Shown here piece by piece: positions 43,605-57,014 of a stretch of DNA of 64,000 nt. Made by a program: the position numbers and the translations under genes. Below the pieces are notes generated by a model. The model had not been told where the DNA came from. It made no database searches and was given only the letters and a program-made list of their open reading frames with translations. Source of the DNA: Eledone cirrhosa (lineage: Eukaryota); the NCBI GenBank assembly GCA_964016885.1, contig OZ024757.1, forward strand, positions 34,038,001 through 34,102,000. Direction: 5' to 3'. Each line of letters opens with the position of its first letter. Within the stretch, counting starts at the first letter, position 1.

Positions 43605-44400
43605 GATAATAATAATGAAATTATTGTGTACAGTGCTCAGGTGCATTACAACTCATCAAAGGTGCATGTATGGTACATAGAATAATGTTCAAATGCCAGG
43701 AAAATGAATAGTGTATGGTGTGGTTAGAAAAAGCTATCTCACTTACCGCTTTTCATAGGCGCCGCTAAATCCCATTGCTCGTTTCTCCTCTTCCACGTGC
43801 GTCCAACTCATTAACACCGGGAGCTGCCAAAACTCGCGTCCACACCTTTCCTGGTCACCACTAGAGAGAGGCCGATCTGCTGGCCCTTCCGGTCGAGCAC
43901 TCCCCAGCTTCTGGCCACCGCATGCCACGCCATACCCACATATGGGTCATGAAATTCATGTGTGTATGGAGGTGGACATCAGGTGCAGTATTGGCGAATC
44001 TCAGGAAGCATGGAGGTTTTAAAAGATGCAGTGTCCTGACAGCTAAAAACTGATGCAGGTAGTTTGTTCCATGCTTCAGCAACTCTGAGCATGAAAAAAT
44101 GTTTCCGAAAGTCAAGGGAGTTGTGCTGTTTTCTGACTTTATAGGTATGCCCACGTGTATTAGACACATGGAAATCAAAAAGGTACTCAGGGTTGTTGTT
44201 GGCAAGATGGTTAATAATTTTGTGGGTGTTTACCAAGTCGGTTGCCAGACGTTGGAACTTCAATGTATCCATGCCCAGGGAATCCAGGCGTTCAGAGTAT
44301 GGTAGATGCCTGATGGAGGGTATTCACTTGGTTGCACGTCTCTGAACAGTTTCCAGGAGGTCAATGATCTGAGCAAGATAGGGGTTCCAGACTGGTGATG
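43605..44400 (-). mobile_element. CR1-like LINE family C2 3' fragment, with a GC-rich insert at ~43740-43930
   Basis: TRGHTYKVRKQ...RKHFFMLRVAEAWNKLP. The 3' tail gcacctgagcactgtacacaataatttcatt is shared with 47400-47840, 47970-48055 and 56145-56230. Confidence 0.85.
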
Positions 44401-44479
44401 GAAGGCAGGAGGCTGAATTATTTGCAAGTATTGCAAAAGCTGGTGCAATTATGTGCCAGCTTCAGAATTCAGTAATGGG

Positions 44480-44960
44480 AAGAAGGGAGGTAAGCGTAAA
44501 AGCCCAAACGCGCTATCTTCAGTTCAGTTTCCGTGCCAACTTTTATCTATGGTCATAAATCTTGGATAATGACCGAAAGAATACAGTCGCGAACACAAGT
44601 GGCCGAAACGGGATTCCCCCAATGGGTCTTTGGAGTAACGTTACTTGATAAAATGCGTAGCTCGGAGATCAGAGAGTCACTCCAGTTAGAGCAGCTACTT
44701 CTCCGATACTATGGCATGTGGTTCGAATTTATCAGGAAAGTATCGCTGGACAGATTTTACGGGCAAAAACCAACCGGCAAGAGACCCAAGGGTAGACCCC
44801 GAGCAAGATGGTTGGATAATATCCATGAGCTTGGCTGGTCACGCTTGGGGATGCAGCCGGATCAGTTGGCGACAGTTGCTGCTGACAGGACCCGCTGGAA
44901 GGAGTGTTTGAGGACTCTGCCCCCACAACCCTCTCAAGAATAAGTGGGCAAAGAAAAAGT
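44480..44960 (+). mobile_element. RTE family R1 3' fragment (best copy)
   Basis: PTFIYGHKSWIMTERIQSRTQVAE...KRPKGRPRARWLDNI...LRTLPPQP. Confidence 0.85.
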
Positions 44961-45149
44961 TATACAATGATGGAGATACTAAAAAAAGATAAAAACAAAA
45001 TTAAGTAATGAAAAGACAAGGGGGAACGGGTAAAGAGCAGATCTGGCTGTATAGGAAGGAACTATAAATGCCATAAATGTAAAGAAAAGGAGGGAAAGGA
45101 CAAATACTATTAGGCAACGGGAGAGAGCGACAGACTATGTGCCTAGGTC

Positions 45150-47145
45150 AGAGCAGTGTTTCGGCTGCACCTTGTGAACAAAGCCAACAGACAGACATAG
45201 AAAGATTGGAAAAATGAGGGTAGCAGAGACCAGTATGAGGTAGCTAAGAGAGAAGCTAAATGACAGATATACATAGCTTGAAAAGAGATTGAAGAAAGAA
45301 AGTTTGCGATGTGAGAATTAGAGACATGAAGTGTTCCACATTGCAAGGTAGTGTGTCAGCGTGAATTGAGATGTTGTTGGGGAATAGTGTATTAGAAATG
45401 ACTGCTGTTTAAAAGAAAGACTACCTCTAAATTACCCAACAGAGGGACCAGCTATTGAAATTGACAGTTATAGGGTCAAAGAAGTAATCAAGATGAAGAA
45501 AAGTAAAGCTGCAGGACTTAGAGATAGTTGTTGAGATGCTGAAAGCATCAGGAAAAATAGGAGCTAAACTAGTAACCCTCATAGTCAATCAGGTAACATA
45601 AGAAGGAGCAATACCCAATGACTGGGGCAGCAGTACAAACAAATTGGTACAAGGGTAAAGATGATGCTCTAGAAAGGAGCAACTATAGAGGAATAAAATT
45701 AAAGGACCAAGTTATGAAAGAGTTATAGCACATCTAATTAAGGAAAAAGTCAAATTAGACGAGATGCCGTTTGGTTTCATGTCTGGGAATAGTCCTACTG
45801 ATGCCCTCTTCTTAGTGAGGCAACTACAAGAGAAGTTCCTAGCCAAGAATAAGCCACTATATTTAGCTTTTGTTGATCTAGGAAAGGCCAGTGACAGAGT
45901 ACCTCGCTCTGTTATATGGTGGTTCATAAGAAAATTAAGTGTAGAAGAATGGCTTATGAGAGTAGTGCAAGCCAAAGTTCGGAGAAGCTGTCAGTAAAGT
46001 AAGAGTAGGAAGTGAGTTTAGTGAGGAATTCAAGGTACAGGTAAAAGTTCTTCAAGGTTCAGTTCACAGCCCACTGCTGTTCATCGCAGTTATAATAGTT
46101 CTCCAGGCCATAACAGATGAGTTTAAGACTGGCTGGAACTTTTCTATGCAGAAGATCTGGTCCTTATAACTGAAACAATAGAAGAACTAGAGAATAAGTT
46201 CCAACTATGGAAACAGAATTTGAAATCAAAAGGGATGAGAGTAAACGTAGCCAAAGCTAAAATGCTAGTAAGTAGGGAAGAAGATAGGACTCTGATTCCT
46301 TCAGGGAAGTGACCCTGCTCAATATGTGGGAAAGTAATAGGCATAAACTCTATACAGTGTAAATCTTGGATACACAATGTAAATCTTGGATACACAAGAA
46401 ATGTAGTGGAATAACAGGCAGAGTAACAGGAAGGGAAGACATGATATGTAGAAGATGCACAGGGGTAATCAACAGGAAAAGCATCAGAGATATAAATCTT
46501 TTCAAATTACATGAAGGATCCATAGAAATGACTAATAGCTATCTTGGTGGCCTAATTAGCAGCAGAGGAGGGTGCTCCAAGAACATAATAGCTAGACAAA
46601 GGATAGGACAGAAAAGGTTTAGAGAGCTACTCCCACAGTTGACAATAAAAGGCTTCTCCCTAAATATAAGAGAACGGCTGTATAACTGTGTGTGAAGTGT
46701 GGTGCTGCATGGTAGTGAAATTTGGGCAGTGACTGCAGAAGAGATGCAGAGGTTGGAGAGAAATGAAGCAGCCATGATTCATTGGATGTGCAATGTAATT
46801 GTGAGAGAAAGGCAGAGCTTGGATGAACTGAGGGAGAAACTGGGTTTAAGAGGAATCCGAAGTGTTGTACAAGAGAGAAGACTGCATTGGTAAGGACATG
46901 TGATGTACATAGATGATGACCACTGGGTGAAGAAGTGCCAAGTAATCCCAGTAGAAGGAAGCCACAGTAAAGATAAACTAAGGAAAACCTGGGTAGAGAT
47001 GGTGAGAGCTGCTCTTAAATCGCTGAGACTTAGAAAAGAGACGACGAAGGAACACGAGTGGAGTGATGATGTACTGAAAAAGACCCGTCCAACCCATGCA
47101 AGCATAGAAAAACGTACATAAACATGATGATGATGATGATGATGA
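45150..47145 (+). mobile_element. RTE-clade LINE family R2, ~2-kb decayed ORF2 (RT) with (GAT)n tail
   Basis: NYRGIKL, FGFMSG..TDALFLVRQLQEK..YLAFVDL, YAEDL, LHGSEIWA and ERRLHW motifs. Multiple stops and frameshifts. Confidence 0.92.
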
Positions 47146-47399
47146 CATAATAATTAGAGAAAGATATATATCAAACTAACAACTTCAATTAGTGCAGATA
47201 AGAATACAATTAAATCCCCAATTAACATTAATAATTACATTATTGATGTAAAATACAATAAATCATCAATTACCAGGGCTTGTCTACCAGTAACCATCAA
47301 AACCTCAGGTTTCCTTGAACCCCATACAGCTGACTTCTGTAAAATTGGAATGAGAGCAGCCTGTCTGAGGAAGGAGCCCTGTGTGGTGGGGTGGCTGTT

Positions 47400-47840
47400 G
47401 GCCAGTGTAGACACCCACAAGATTATAAACCATCTTTCCAACAATCCTGAGCACCTTTTTGAATTCCATGTGTCTAATAACACCCGAGGGTATGCTTACC
47501 AAATCAGAAAACAGCACAGCTCCCATGACTTTTGGAAACATTTTTTCATGCTTAGAGTTGCTGAAGCATGGAACAAACTACCTGCATCAGCTGTTAGCTG
47601 CCGGGACACTGCATCCTTCCCGAAATTCGACAACACTACACCTGATATTCTCCCTCCATACACATGTGTGTGTGTGTTTCTGTGTGTCCATCATGACTCC
47701 TACACTGTTCACTTTCCTGACATTTGTACATTATTTTTGGACTTGTACCAAAAGTAGAAACAATTATTTTATGTACTATACATTTACCTTTGATGAGTTG
47801 TAGTGCACCTGAGCACTGTACATAATTTTCATTATTTCCT
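47400..47840 (+). mobile_element. CR1-like family C2 3' fragment
   Basis: THKIINHL...WKHFFMLRVAEAWNKLP. Inverted relative to 43605-44400. Confidence 0.85.
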
Positions 47841-48444
47841 TATTATATATTTGCACCTCTAGTTAACCACAGAGTGCGATCTCCCCCACCCTCCGGGGTC
47901 GTATCATTGTGGTAGTGATAACCGAATATTCGTTTTCATACTTTCGTTATATAAAAGACCTGAGAACATTATTCTATGTACTATACATGCACCTTTGATG
48001 AGTTGTAGTGCACCTGAGCACTGTACACAATAATTTCATTATCATTATTATTATTAGACACGAAACCTCACTCACATACACAAAGACAGACAGACAGAGA
48101 GAGAATATTTTAAAGACGATATATTTATAATTTTCTTCGGAACGAATTGCAAGCAATATATGTTATTTACGCATTTGTAATGTTATTTCAGTATATATAT
48201 TTTAAAAGATATATCTTATCTTATTGTATGAGTTAAAATTTTCATCGTAAGAAACACAAATTTAATTTATGTGGTCGTGTGTTTTATGTACATAGACCTT
48301 TTAAAACTGTTCAATGTTTCTAGTTTAAAAAAAAAAGGGTGGATAATGTCTATTAAGCTTGCTTATTGAGAAACACAATATTCTAAACATATTTGATATG
48401 TTTTGATTCGTTATTTGGATATATATAAGATTAAATAGAAATAC

Positions 48445-48665
48445 GAGAGGCACTCAGCAGACGACCCGAGAACACAACCGGAAGCTCCAGGTACAACAAC
48501 AACCAAGTCCTAGGAACCAGTTCTTTTCTGGACGAGCGATCAACCAGAGGAACAACCTCAAACAAGAAACAGTTGACACACCCTCAGTCAACACTTTTAA
48601 GTTAAGGCTCGAGGAAGAGTGGACCAACCACCCGCTCAAGTTTAACTATCGCTTCTCGTATAAAC
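48445..48665 (+). mobile_element. CR1-like LINE extreme 3' fragment (third family)
   Basis: TREHNRKL...RNQFFSGRAINQRNNL...SVNTFKLRLEEEW. Confidence 0.65.
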
Positions 48666-48849
48666 AAATTTATTTCATAAATACATTACAAATCGTTTGC
48701 AATTCTTTCAGAATGAAAATATAAACAGCATATAAATAAATTTACAGTAGAATAACATAACAAATATGTTTTAAATATATACATAAATAACATTACAAAT
48801 GCTTAGACAACATTATAAATAGCTCGCGATTCTTTCAGAAAGATATATT

Positions 48850-49600
48850 CTTTTAATGTTACAATATTAAAGAAAATGTAAAGGAAGGGGTGAACAACGG
48901 AGCCAACACCGGAGCAAAAGACAGCAACGTCGCGAGTACTGGGCAACCTTTTGAGGCAAGCCAGCACACTCGCGGCGTTGCCTCGGGTGATGTGCTGAAG
49001 CAGCCAAGCGCCATCGCGAGATTCGCCAGTCACCTCTATTAGGCGAGCTGCCAGTGAAGAGAGGAACCTCGCAGTCAGCGGCCCGACTCCCCCAAACGTC
49101 TCGAAAACCACAGGCTGAAAAATGTAGATCAGAGTATTTGAGGGTCTTACTGCGCTCGGCTGCAGCTCTCGTCCTAACCGCAGCATCCAGGATGTGGGAA
49201 AGAGCAAAAGAGTCACTAACAGTGACGTCCCAGACAAGGCACCTGCCTCTCGACCAAGGGCACAGGGTAAGACCGTCAGGTCTTTTGCCGTCACTTCTGG
49301 ACAACCCAGATGGTTCCAAGACTGAGGGGATATTCGCCCGGGCCAAAGCTCTCTTCAGAATGAGGTTTAGCTCCGTGTGACGCGCGAAGCGGCCGACATT
49401 CAGGCGGCAAGAAAGACTGTGGAGGCCTGTAGAGTCGAGGGGTTTGCCGCATCGGCACCTCAAACCCATGCAGACGTCAGCTCCAACTCTGAGGGCGATG
49501 GAAACACGAAGTTCGTCCAGGCTGAGTAGGCCACCAACGTTGGCCACGGGTATGACATCAACCCAGTCGCCTATGCCCATCTCGGAGGCATCGATACCAA
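48850..49600 (-). mobile_element. CRE-like non-LTR retrotransposon 3' fragment (CCHC finger plus restriction-like endonuclease)
   Basis: CRCGKPLDSTGLHSLSC...RHTELN...EPSGLSRSDGKRPDG...WDVTVSD...FETFGG. Related pieces at 50370-50640 (+) and 52930-53198 (-). Confidence 0.85.
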
Positions 49601-52227
49601 GTGATGCTGGATACTCAGAAGAGAATCATCTCTACCTTGGTATAAGTCTAATTACGCTTATCGGGTACCAAATGACAATACTTAAGATATAGATAGATGT
49701 TATCAGTGTGTGTATATATATATATATATGTAACTGATGATGACGTACTGATGAAATAGCTCAGTACCTCTGAAATATGTATAATAAAATATATTTGATC
49801 ACATGAATGTCTATATTTATTAATATTTTGAAGTAATATATATAGATGTATATATAAATAGATGTATGTTGTGTGTATATAGATGTGTATATATGTATGT
49901 ATATATGTCCGTTAGGTGTTTATAATTATGTGTGCGTGTATATATAGATATGTATTGATGCCCATCAGGGAGGCATCGATACCATGTGATGCTCGATACT
50001 TGGAAAAGAGGATCATCTCTACCTTAGTATGAGTCTAATTACCCTTACCGGGTACCAAATGACAATACTTAAGATATATTTCTTTATTGAGAATAGGCGA
50101 TATGTCGGTATACATGTTACGTTGTTAGTGTGTTACTGTTGAAGAAGTTTGGTGGGACTATTTAGAACAACTAAGAATGCAGTTGTTTCAATTTCAACAT
50201 ACATAAAAAATAATAAACAATTTAATATTTGGTCAAACATAAAGAATAAGAAAGTAGAAACATTGCAAATTATAAATGAGAGGAAAACGAGGGAAAATGC
50301 AAGGATTATATTGCTAGGAACCTTATAAATATAATACACAAAAATTCTAAAATACCTGGATTTATTTTTTCCAACTTTCGGGACGTTTGGTTGAGTCAGA
50401 CCACTGACAGAATTTCTTGTCATCGCTCGCGGCTCATCTTACTGAGGTGTCAGGTGCTGTCCTTGAGGATGCCTGGTTGTTTCAGTGCCTTAGCCTTATT
50501 ATCACTCGTGATGATTCTGTGAGCGTATTGGCTTGCCTCAAAGTGTTTAATTAACCCCTAAGATGTGATGTGCGGCCATTTATCTCACTTTCTGGAGAAT
50601 TGCCGACCCCCTTTTTTTCTTCTTTATTTACGTTTTTTTTTCGTCTCTCTTTTAATCGTTTATATTTGTATATATCATATGTTTGTGTTTTCGTTCTGTA
50701 AGCATTATATTATTGTATTCGGGGATTGGCAGTGACGGGTTACAACCGTTTACGATCATCTGATTTCAAATCCCGCCAAAGTTAACTTTGCCTTTCATCC
50801 TTACGGGGTCGATAAAATAAAGTACAAGTAATGCATTGGGGGTAATTGCTAGTCTTGTGCCAAAATTAGAAACATTATTATATTTTTATACATACAACTG
50901 AGAAATAAAATATAAACTATCAATTAATTGAAGATTTCCTTATTGAGAATGGACGATATGTCGGTATATATGTTGTTAGTGTGTTACTATTCAAGAAGTT
51001 TTGTGGGACTGTTTAGAACAATTAAGAATGCAGTTGTTTCACAGTTTCAACGCACATAAAAAATAATAAGAATTTAATATTTAGTCAAACATAAAAAATT
51101 TAAAAAAAGTAGCATTGCAAAAGATTATAAATGAAAGGAAAAGGAGGGAAACGGCAATGATTATATTGTTAGGAACCTTATGAATACACGACTTTATATT
51201 TACACAAAAATATACAATCAAAATAAAGGAAAAAAACATCAATTCAACACTAGAATAATTGTATCTTAAAGAAAATAGATAGCTCACATTCTTTCATCTT
51301 CGATAAACTAAGCCTTCTCCGAGATGAGTTGATGTGAAATTTCATTGGGATTAAAATTGCGGGTGTGTTAATTTACTGTTAAAACAATTTATAAACGGAA
51401 GGGAAGTAAATCCTGTAAGCTTACCGTAAAAGACTTGTAGCCATTACTTCCCTTTGGCCATTAATGGAATATGTTTAAAAAGAACGGAAAGTTGTGAAAC
51501 GATGACACCAGGGTTTTACTTGATTGCTCCACCAATTAAAATTATATTGAATGAAATAAATAAATGAATAAAACCAGACCAAGAAAGACTAAAATATTCA
51601 CCCAAATTCTATTCACAACTTTAGAATAAGAAATGAAGAAAATGTTAAATGAAAAACATAACTTTGTCCAATTCATGTAAACATAGTCACTTGTGTGTTT
51701 GTGTGTATGTGTAGTTTTGTATTGGTGTGTGTGTATGTATTAGTGAGTGATTTTGTGAGTTTATCTATGCATATGTGTTTGTATTTGTGTATGTATGTGG
51801 TTTTGTGTGTGTGTATATGTTTGTATTAGAGTGTCTATGCGTGTATTTGTGTTTGTTTACATGTTTGTTTATTTGTGCATATGTGTTTGAGTATGTGCAT
51901 GTGTACATATTTTTGGAGTCATTTTGCCACCATAAATGAGAAAAGGTCCCCGATTACATTTTCACAATGTTTAAAGGGACATCACAATATTTAAAGGAAT
52001 CCATATAATTTTTTAGCTACCATAAACAATACACGAGGGCCCTGATGAAATTTTAAGCCAAGAGTCTGTATACAATCATCATTAACCTTTCTATCTGCTA
52101 GAAATAGCAGCCAAATAAACACACGCTAGAGTAGGGGCTTCCGAGAAACCCCAAGATTCTTTCTACGAAATATATCCTGGGACTCTTCCAGATAAGAAAT
52201 CTTTTAATAAATTTATACACACATATA

Positions 52228-52307
52228 CAGGGTGTCCCTCCAAAAATATATACATATATTTGTTAGAATGTTGTTGAAGTGTGTATACATTTTGGGGGGA
52301 CACCCTG
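52228..52307. mobile_element. 80-bp Tc1/mariner-type MITE (near-palindrome)
   Basis: cagggtgtccctccaaaaatatatacata and tgtgtatacattttggggggacaccctg. Confidence 0.8.
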
Positions 52308-52756
52308 TGTATTATATATAATAACAAATATATTTTAGATTCCTAAAAGCCTTGGTTTTCCTTTAAATACATATTAAGGCTCTATGATGCCACTTATTTT
52401 CCAATCTTTCAGATCTTACCTTCTGGACATTACCTTCGATTAATTTGATCTGCATGATCAATAATCGTAACAACACATTCAGTTGCCCATCATCTTGCTT
52501 AGTCAAAACTAATTGGATATCTCAATTTGTAAATGTATGTGTGTGTGTATATCACGGCACGGTGTGTGTATATATCACGGCACTGGGTACACAGAATCGT
52601 GTGGCCACTGTCGTCATTGAAATATCACAGCATTATCAATAAAGGACTTTAACATCTGAAACTTCGCATTTTCTCAATCTAAATATACTCCATTTTCCTA
52701 TCTGGAAAGAAATACGTCGAGTGCTTGAATTGAATTGCATCAATATTTACCGTAAG

Positions 52757-52840
<84 letters not shown>

Positions 52841-52929
52841 TATTAATAAATTATATGAATACACCAATATATATACAGTGTATATATATCTATATATGTA
52901 TATATAATGTATATACATGAACAATATAT

Positions 52930-53198
52930 ATATTCTTTTAATGTTACGATATTAAAGAAAATGTAAAGGAAGGGGTAAACAACCGAGCCAACACCGGAGC
53001 AAAAGACAACAACGTCGCGAGGAGTACTGGGCAACCTCTCTAAAGATTTTTGAGGCAAGCCAGCACACTCGCAGCGTTGCCTAGGGTGATGGCGAGGCTG
53101 ATGCGCTGAAACAGCCAAGCGCCCTCGCGAGATTCGCCAGTTACCTTTATTAGGCGAACCGCCAGTGAAGAGAGGAACCTCACAGTCAGCGGTCCGAC
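52930..53198 (-). mobile_element. CRE-like 3' fragment, second copy
   Basis: Close match to 48850-49085. Confidence 0.85.
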
Positions 53199-53259
53199 AG
53201 ATTTAATCAACTTTCCCTCCCTAAAAATTGTTTACCTTGTGCCTAAATCAGAAACCATC

Positions 53260-53925
53260 CTACAAGCTGTCATTCAGTGACATGCTTTGTAGACTTGTGT
53301 CAAACAACTGGTATCACACATAGGATAGATCCGGCCATCAGATGGGTCTATAGTGACGATTAAACAGTCACCTTCTTGTAGAAGGGGGTATGTGGTAAGT
53401 CTTCCTCTACTTCATAGCTTTGACAAAGGAAGCTGTAGGTAGACTTGCCTAAAAAAATTGAGGACAGGAACTTTCCTCTCCAGCCAAGTCCTCAACTTCT
53501 TCAAGTTCCACTTGAAGTGGAAGATGAGGGTAGAGAGGAAGGTGCTGCCATCTAGTGTGTTTTATAACAGATGGGTGAGAATGGCAAGATAGATCAGGCT
53601 GAATGGACCTACTCTGATTATGCTTTTCTAGACAGAAGGATAGAACCCAGGAGAGGGTACTTTGAATACCTGTGTGCTGACAAAGTAATCAAGGGTTTTG
53701 TGTGGGGTTCTCCCTGGGACTGCCTTAAAATACAGTCCCGCACCCCCTATAGGAGACCTGGTCTTACTTATCTATTGTTATCATGAATATTTTATTACAA
53801 TTTCTATTATAGTTATACTTACTGTTTTCTCTTCAATGATGTCTCCTTTCCTTCACTCTACATAAACCTCACACTGTGTTGTTTTGACCCCAATGTCTTG
53901 AGGGTCTTGAGGCCAATAAAAGAAA
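53260..53925 (+). mobile_element. Tx1-like LINE 3' fragment
   Basis: FFKFHLKWKMRVERKVL...RWVRMAR, homologous to 61400-61700 (-). Ends in aataaaagaaa. Confidence 0.65.
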
Positions 53926-54625
53926 TTTATTACCCTTTATGTTCTGAGTTGAAATGTCGCAGATGGGGTCAATAAAATAAAGTACCAGTAATGCACTGGG
54001 TCGATTTAATCAACTTTTCCCTCCCCTCCAAATTGCTGGCCTTATTCTAGAGTTACGGCCCTTGCCATTCTGAGTTCAAATCCCACTGAGGTTAACCTTG
54101 CCTTTCATCCTTACGGGGTCGATAAAATAAAGTATCAGTAAAGCACTGGGGATTGGCAGTAATTATGAAATATTTTGACACCAAACTGCCAGAAACTGCT
54201 CCTGGTTCTATGATACAATAGTGGTTATATAAAAATTTTTCATCATAATTTTATGTAAGAACCTTTGTTAAGTTATGTTCCAAACACCAACTAAATAACA
54301 AGAAGGTTATATTACTAAACCCTTCGAAAATTCTTGATTATTTTCAGAATTATTTGAAAACCATAGACAATGTCCTTCGTTAGAAATATGGTAAAGAAAA
54401 GGTTACATGATTTTATCAAATTTTGTTAAAATTCTTTGTTGATAGGAACGTCAAGGAGTGGCGACAGTTTACCAGGTTTTGCAAATGAAGAATCTTCAAG
54501 ACAAGAAAATATAATATACACACACATAAATATATATATACATAAATCAATAGTTACCTGTGTGTCTGAACATATTTGACACAACCTTACAGTTACTTCT
54601 TCCTTGTGTTATATATATATATATA

Positions 54626-54802
54626 CCGTTTATACTTGAATATAAACTGACCTCGCTATTTTATGTCTGAGAAATGGGTAAAGATCCAAACCTTATTTAT
54701 GTAGAATTTGGAGAAAATATTGACCCCAAATATATGCTGACCTTCCTTCTACCATCAATTTTTTGGTCACATATTCCTCGGTTTATATTCAAGTATATAG
54801 TA
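54626..54802. mobile_element. pogo/Tc2-like MITE
   Basis: ccgtttatacttgaatataaactga and tcggtttatattcaagtatata. Confidence 0.7.
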
Positions 54803-55140
54803 GGCATATGGCTTAGTGGTTAGAGCATTGGGCTTGCAATCGAAAGGTTGTGAGTTCAATTCTCAGACCGGGTGATGTGTTGTTTCCTTGAGCAAGACAC
54901 TTTATTTCATATTGCTCCAGTTCACTCAGCTGTAGAAATGAGATGATAGGACTGGGGTCCCTATCATTCCACTGCAAAGTGGTCGTGGAGGCACCACGGC
55001 AAAAAAGCACCCAGCACTCACTGTAAATGAGGTTGGTGTTAGGAAGGGCATCCAGCTGTAGAAATCAAGCCAGAATCAGTTCCTGTCCCACCCTTGCAAG
55101 CAGGGAAAAGCGGACGTAAAATGAAATGATGACGATGATA
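54803..55140 (+). mobile_element. Full tRNA-derived SINE-C with an RTE-derived 3' tail
   Basis: A box TGGCTTAGTGG, B box GAGTTCAATTC. Tail gcaagcagggaaaagcggacgtaaaatga(tga)n. Confidence 0.8.
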
Positions 55141-55399
55141 CAGTATATACATGTACATACACATGTGTGGGTGTACAAATTGGGGACAAAGAATGTTATA
55201 GAACATATATATTTTCCTGTGTATTTGTTCTTTTCTCTCCAAGCTCTTTACATTGTCTAAGCCTTCAAAATTGAATAATTAATTGCCACTCTGAAACAAC
55301 AAAATCATTTCATATATCATTGAGTGTTCATTAGGCAAACTCAGAGAAATAGACTCATGTAGCTGTCAAATAAATATAACATCAATAAATCCCATATGT

Positions 55400-55846
55400 A
55401 TCATCATCATCATTTTACGTCCGCTTTTCCCTGCTTTCAAGGGTTGGATGGGTCCTATTCAGCACAGCATTGTCACTTGTCACGGTCCTTCGTCATCTCC
55501 TCGGTGAATTTCAGCGATCTGAGGTCTGCTCTCACCACCTCCGCCCATGTTTTTCGTGGTCTATCTCTACTGCGTCTTCCCTCCACTGGAACTTCCTGGC
55601 ACTTCTTTATCCAGCGGTCATCCTCCATGCGCATCACATGTCCATACCATCTCAGCCTTCTCTCCTGCACACCACAACTTATCCCTCTGATACCCAGTTT
55701 CTTTCTTAACTCATCTATGCTTGGTCGTTCACGCACATTGACATTGCACATCCAACGGAGCATACTTGCTTCATTTCTCTCCAGCTGTCGCATATCTTCT
55801 GCAGTTGCTGCCCATGTCTCACTACCATGCAGCATCGCACATCTCA
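55400..55846 (-). mobile_element. RTE family R2 3' fragment
   Basis: MLHGSETWA...ERRLRWYGHVMRM...RDRPRKTW, with (CAT)n tail on +. Confidence 0.9.
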
Positions 55847-57014
55847 CATATATATATAGATTGAGAGGGTCAGGGCTGCGTGGTTACTGATAACGAGTGT
55901 TAGAAGGTAAAGGGAACACAAACAAGAGATAGACATTTTCCTTTCATCAGTTGTCTACTACAGGTCACGGATGTTTCAGTGCATTATAGACAGTACATCT
56001 ATATGTACTGGGAAAAGCGGACGTATGATGATGATGATATATATTATCAGTTCAACTTAATGATGTGTTGAATGCTTTTTTCTTATGTTTGTACCCAAAA
56101 CTGTATATATATATATATATGTACCCAAAACTGTATATATATATATATATTCTATGTACTATATTGACGAGTTGTAGTGCACCTGAGCACTTTACACATT
56201 AATTTCATTATTATTATTATTATTATTATATTTTGCCTTTCATCCTTACGGGGTCGATAAAATAAAGTACCAGTAATGCACTGGGTAATTGATGGCCTTG
56301 TGCCAAAAGTAGAAACAATTATTATATATATATATATATGATGATTATATATATGCTATATATATATATGCTAGCGTGGACAAATGGACGTGAGATGATG
56401 ATGATGATGATTATATATATAAATGAAAGTATAGAAATTATTGTTCTATATCAGGTTGTTTTGATGAAAATGAAATATTTTTCAGATGTAAAGAAATTTA
56501 AAACAAAGAAGATTCTTTTTGAATCTGATTTTTTTTTAAACAATTTTTATGAGTTTTGTCTTTGAAATTAAACCTTTGACTATATTCTATCTCAAATAGA
56601 AATTTAAACAAAGTTAAAACTCGGTTAATGTCACTTAAACTGATTGGTTTGTTTGGAATTAACAGATACTCATAATTCAACATCTCTCTCTCTCCACACA
56701 CACACATATTCTCTCTCTCTCCATACACACACACACACTCTCTCTCTCTACATACACACACACACATTTTCTCTCTCTCTACACACACTCACATACATTC
56801 TCTCTCACAATACTTTACCATACTTCATTTCTGCATAAATCCACATCAAATATCTTCGGTATCAAATAACAAATAGGACTGTACACAAATAAATAGAACC
56901 CAAGTTTTGCTTCACTTTCCTCCGACTGTCTAAACAGCACAAAGAATCTGAGGTAAGCATGAACTGATTGTGGGTGTGTCAGAAGTTGTTTGCTGGGTTG
57001 GAGGAAGAGTTTAC

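Noticed and set aside
47860-47915. Hairpin plus CTAG as a Helitron 3' end
   Set aside because: The hairpin is imperfect, the flanking base does not fit the A^T target rule, and no second copy is visible.
49745-49790. CTGATGA...GAAA hammerhead-like motif
   Set aside because: Helix I cannot form and helix II is poor.
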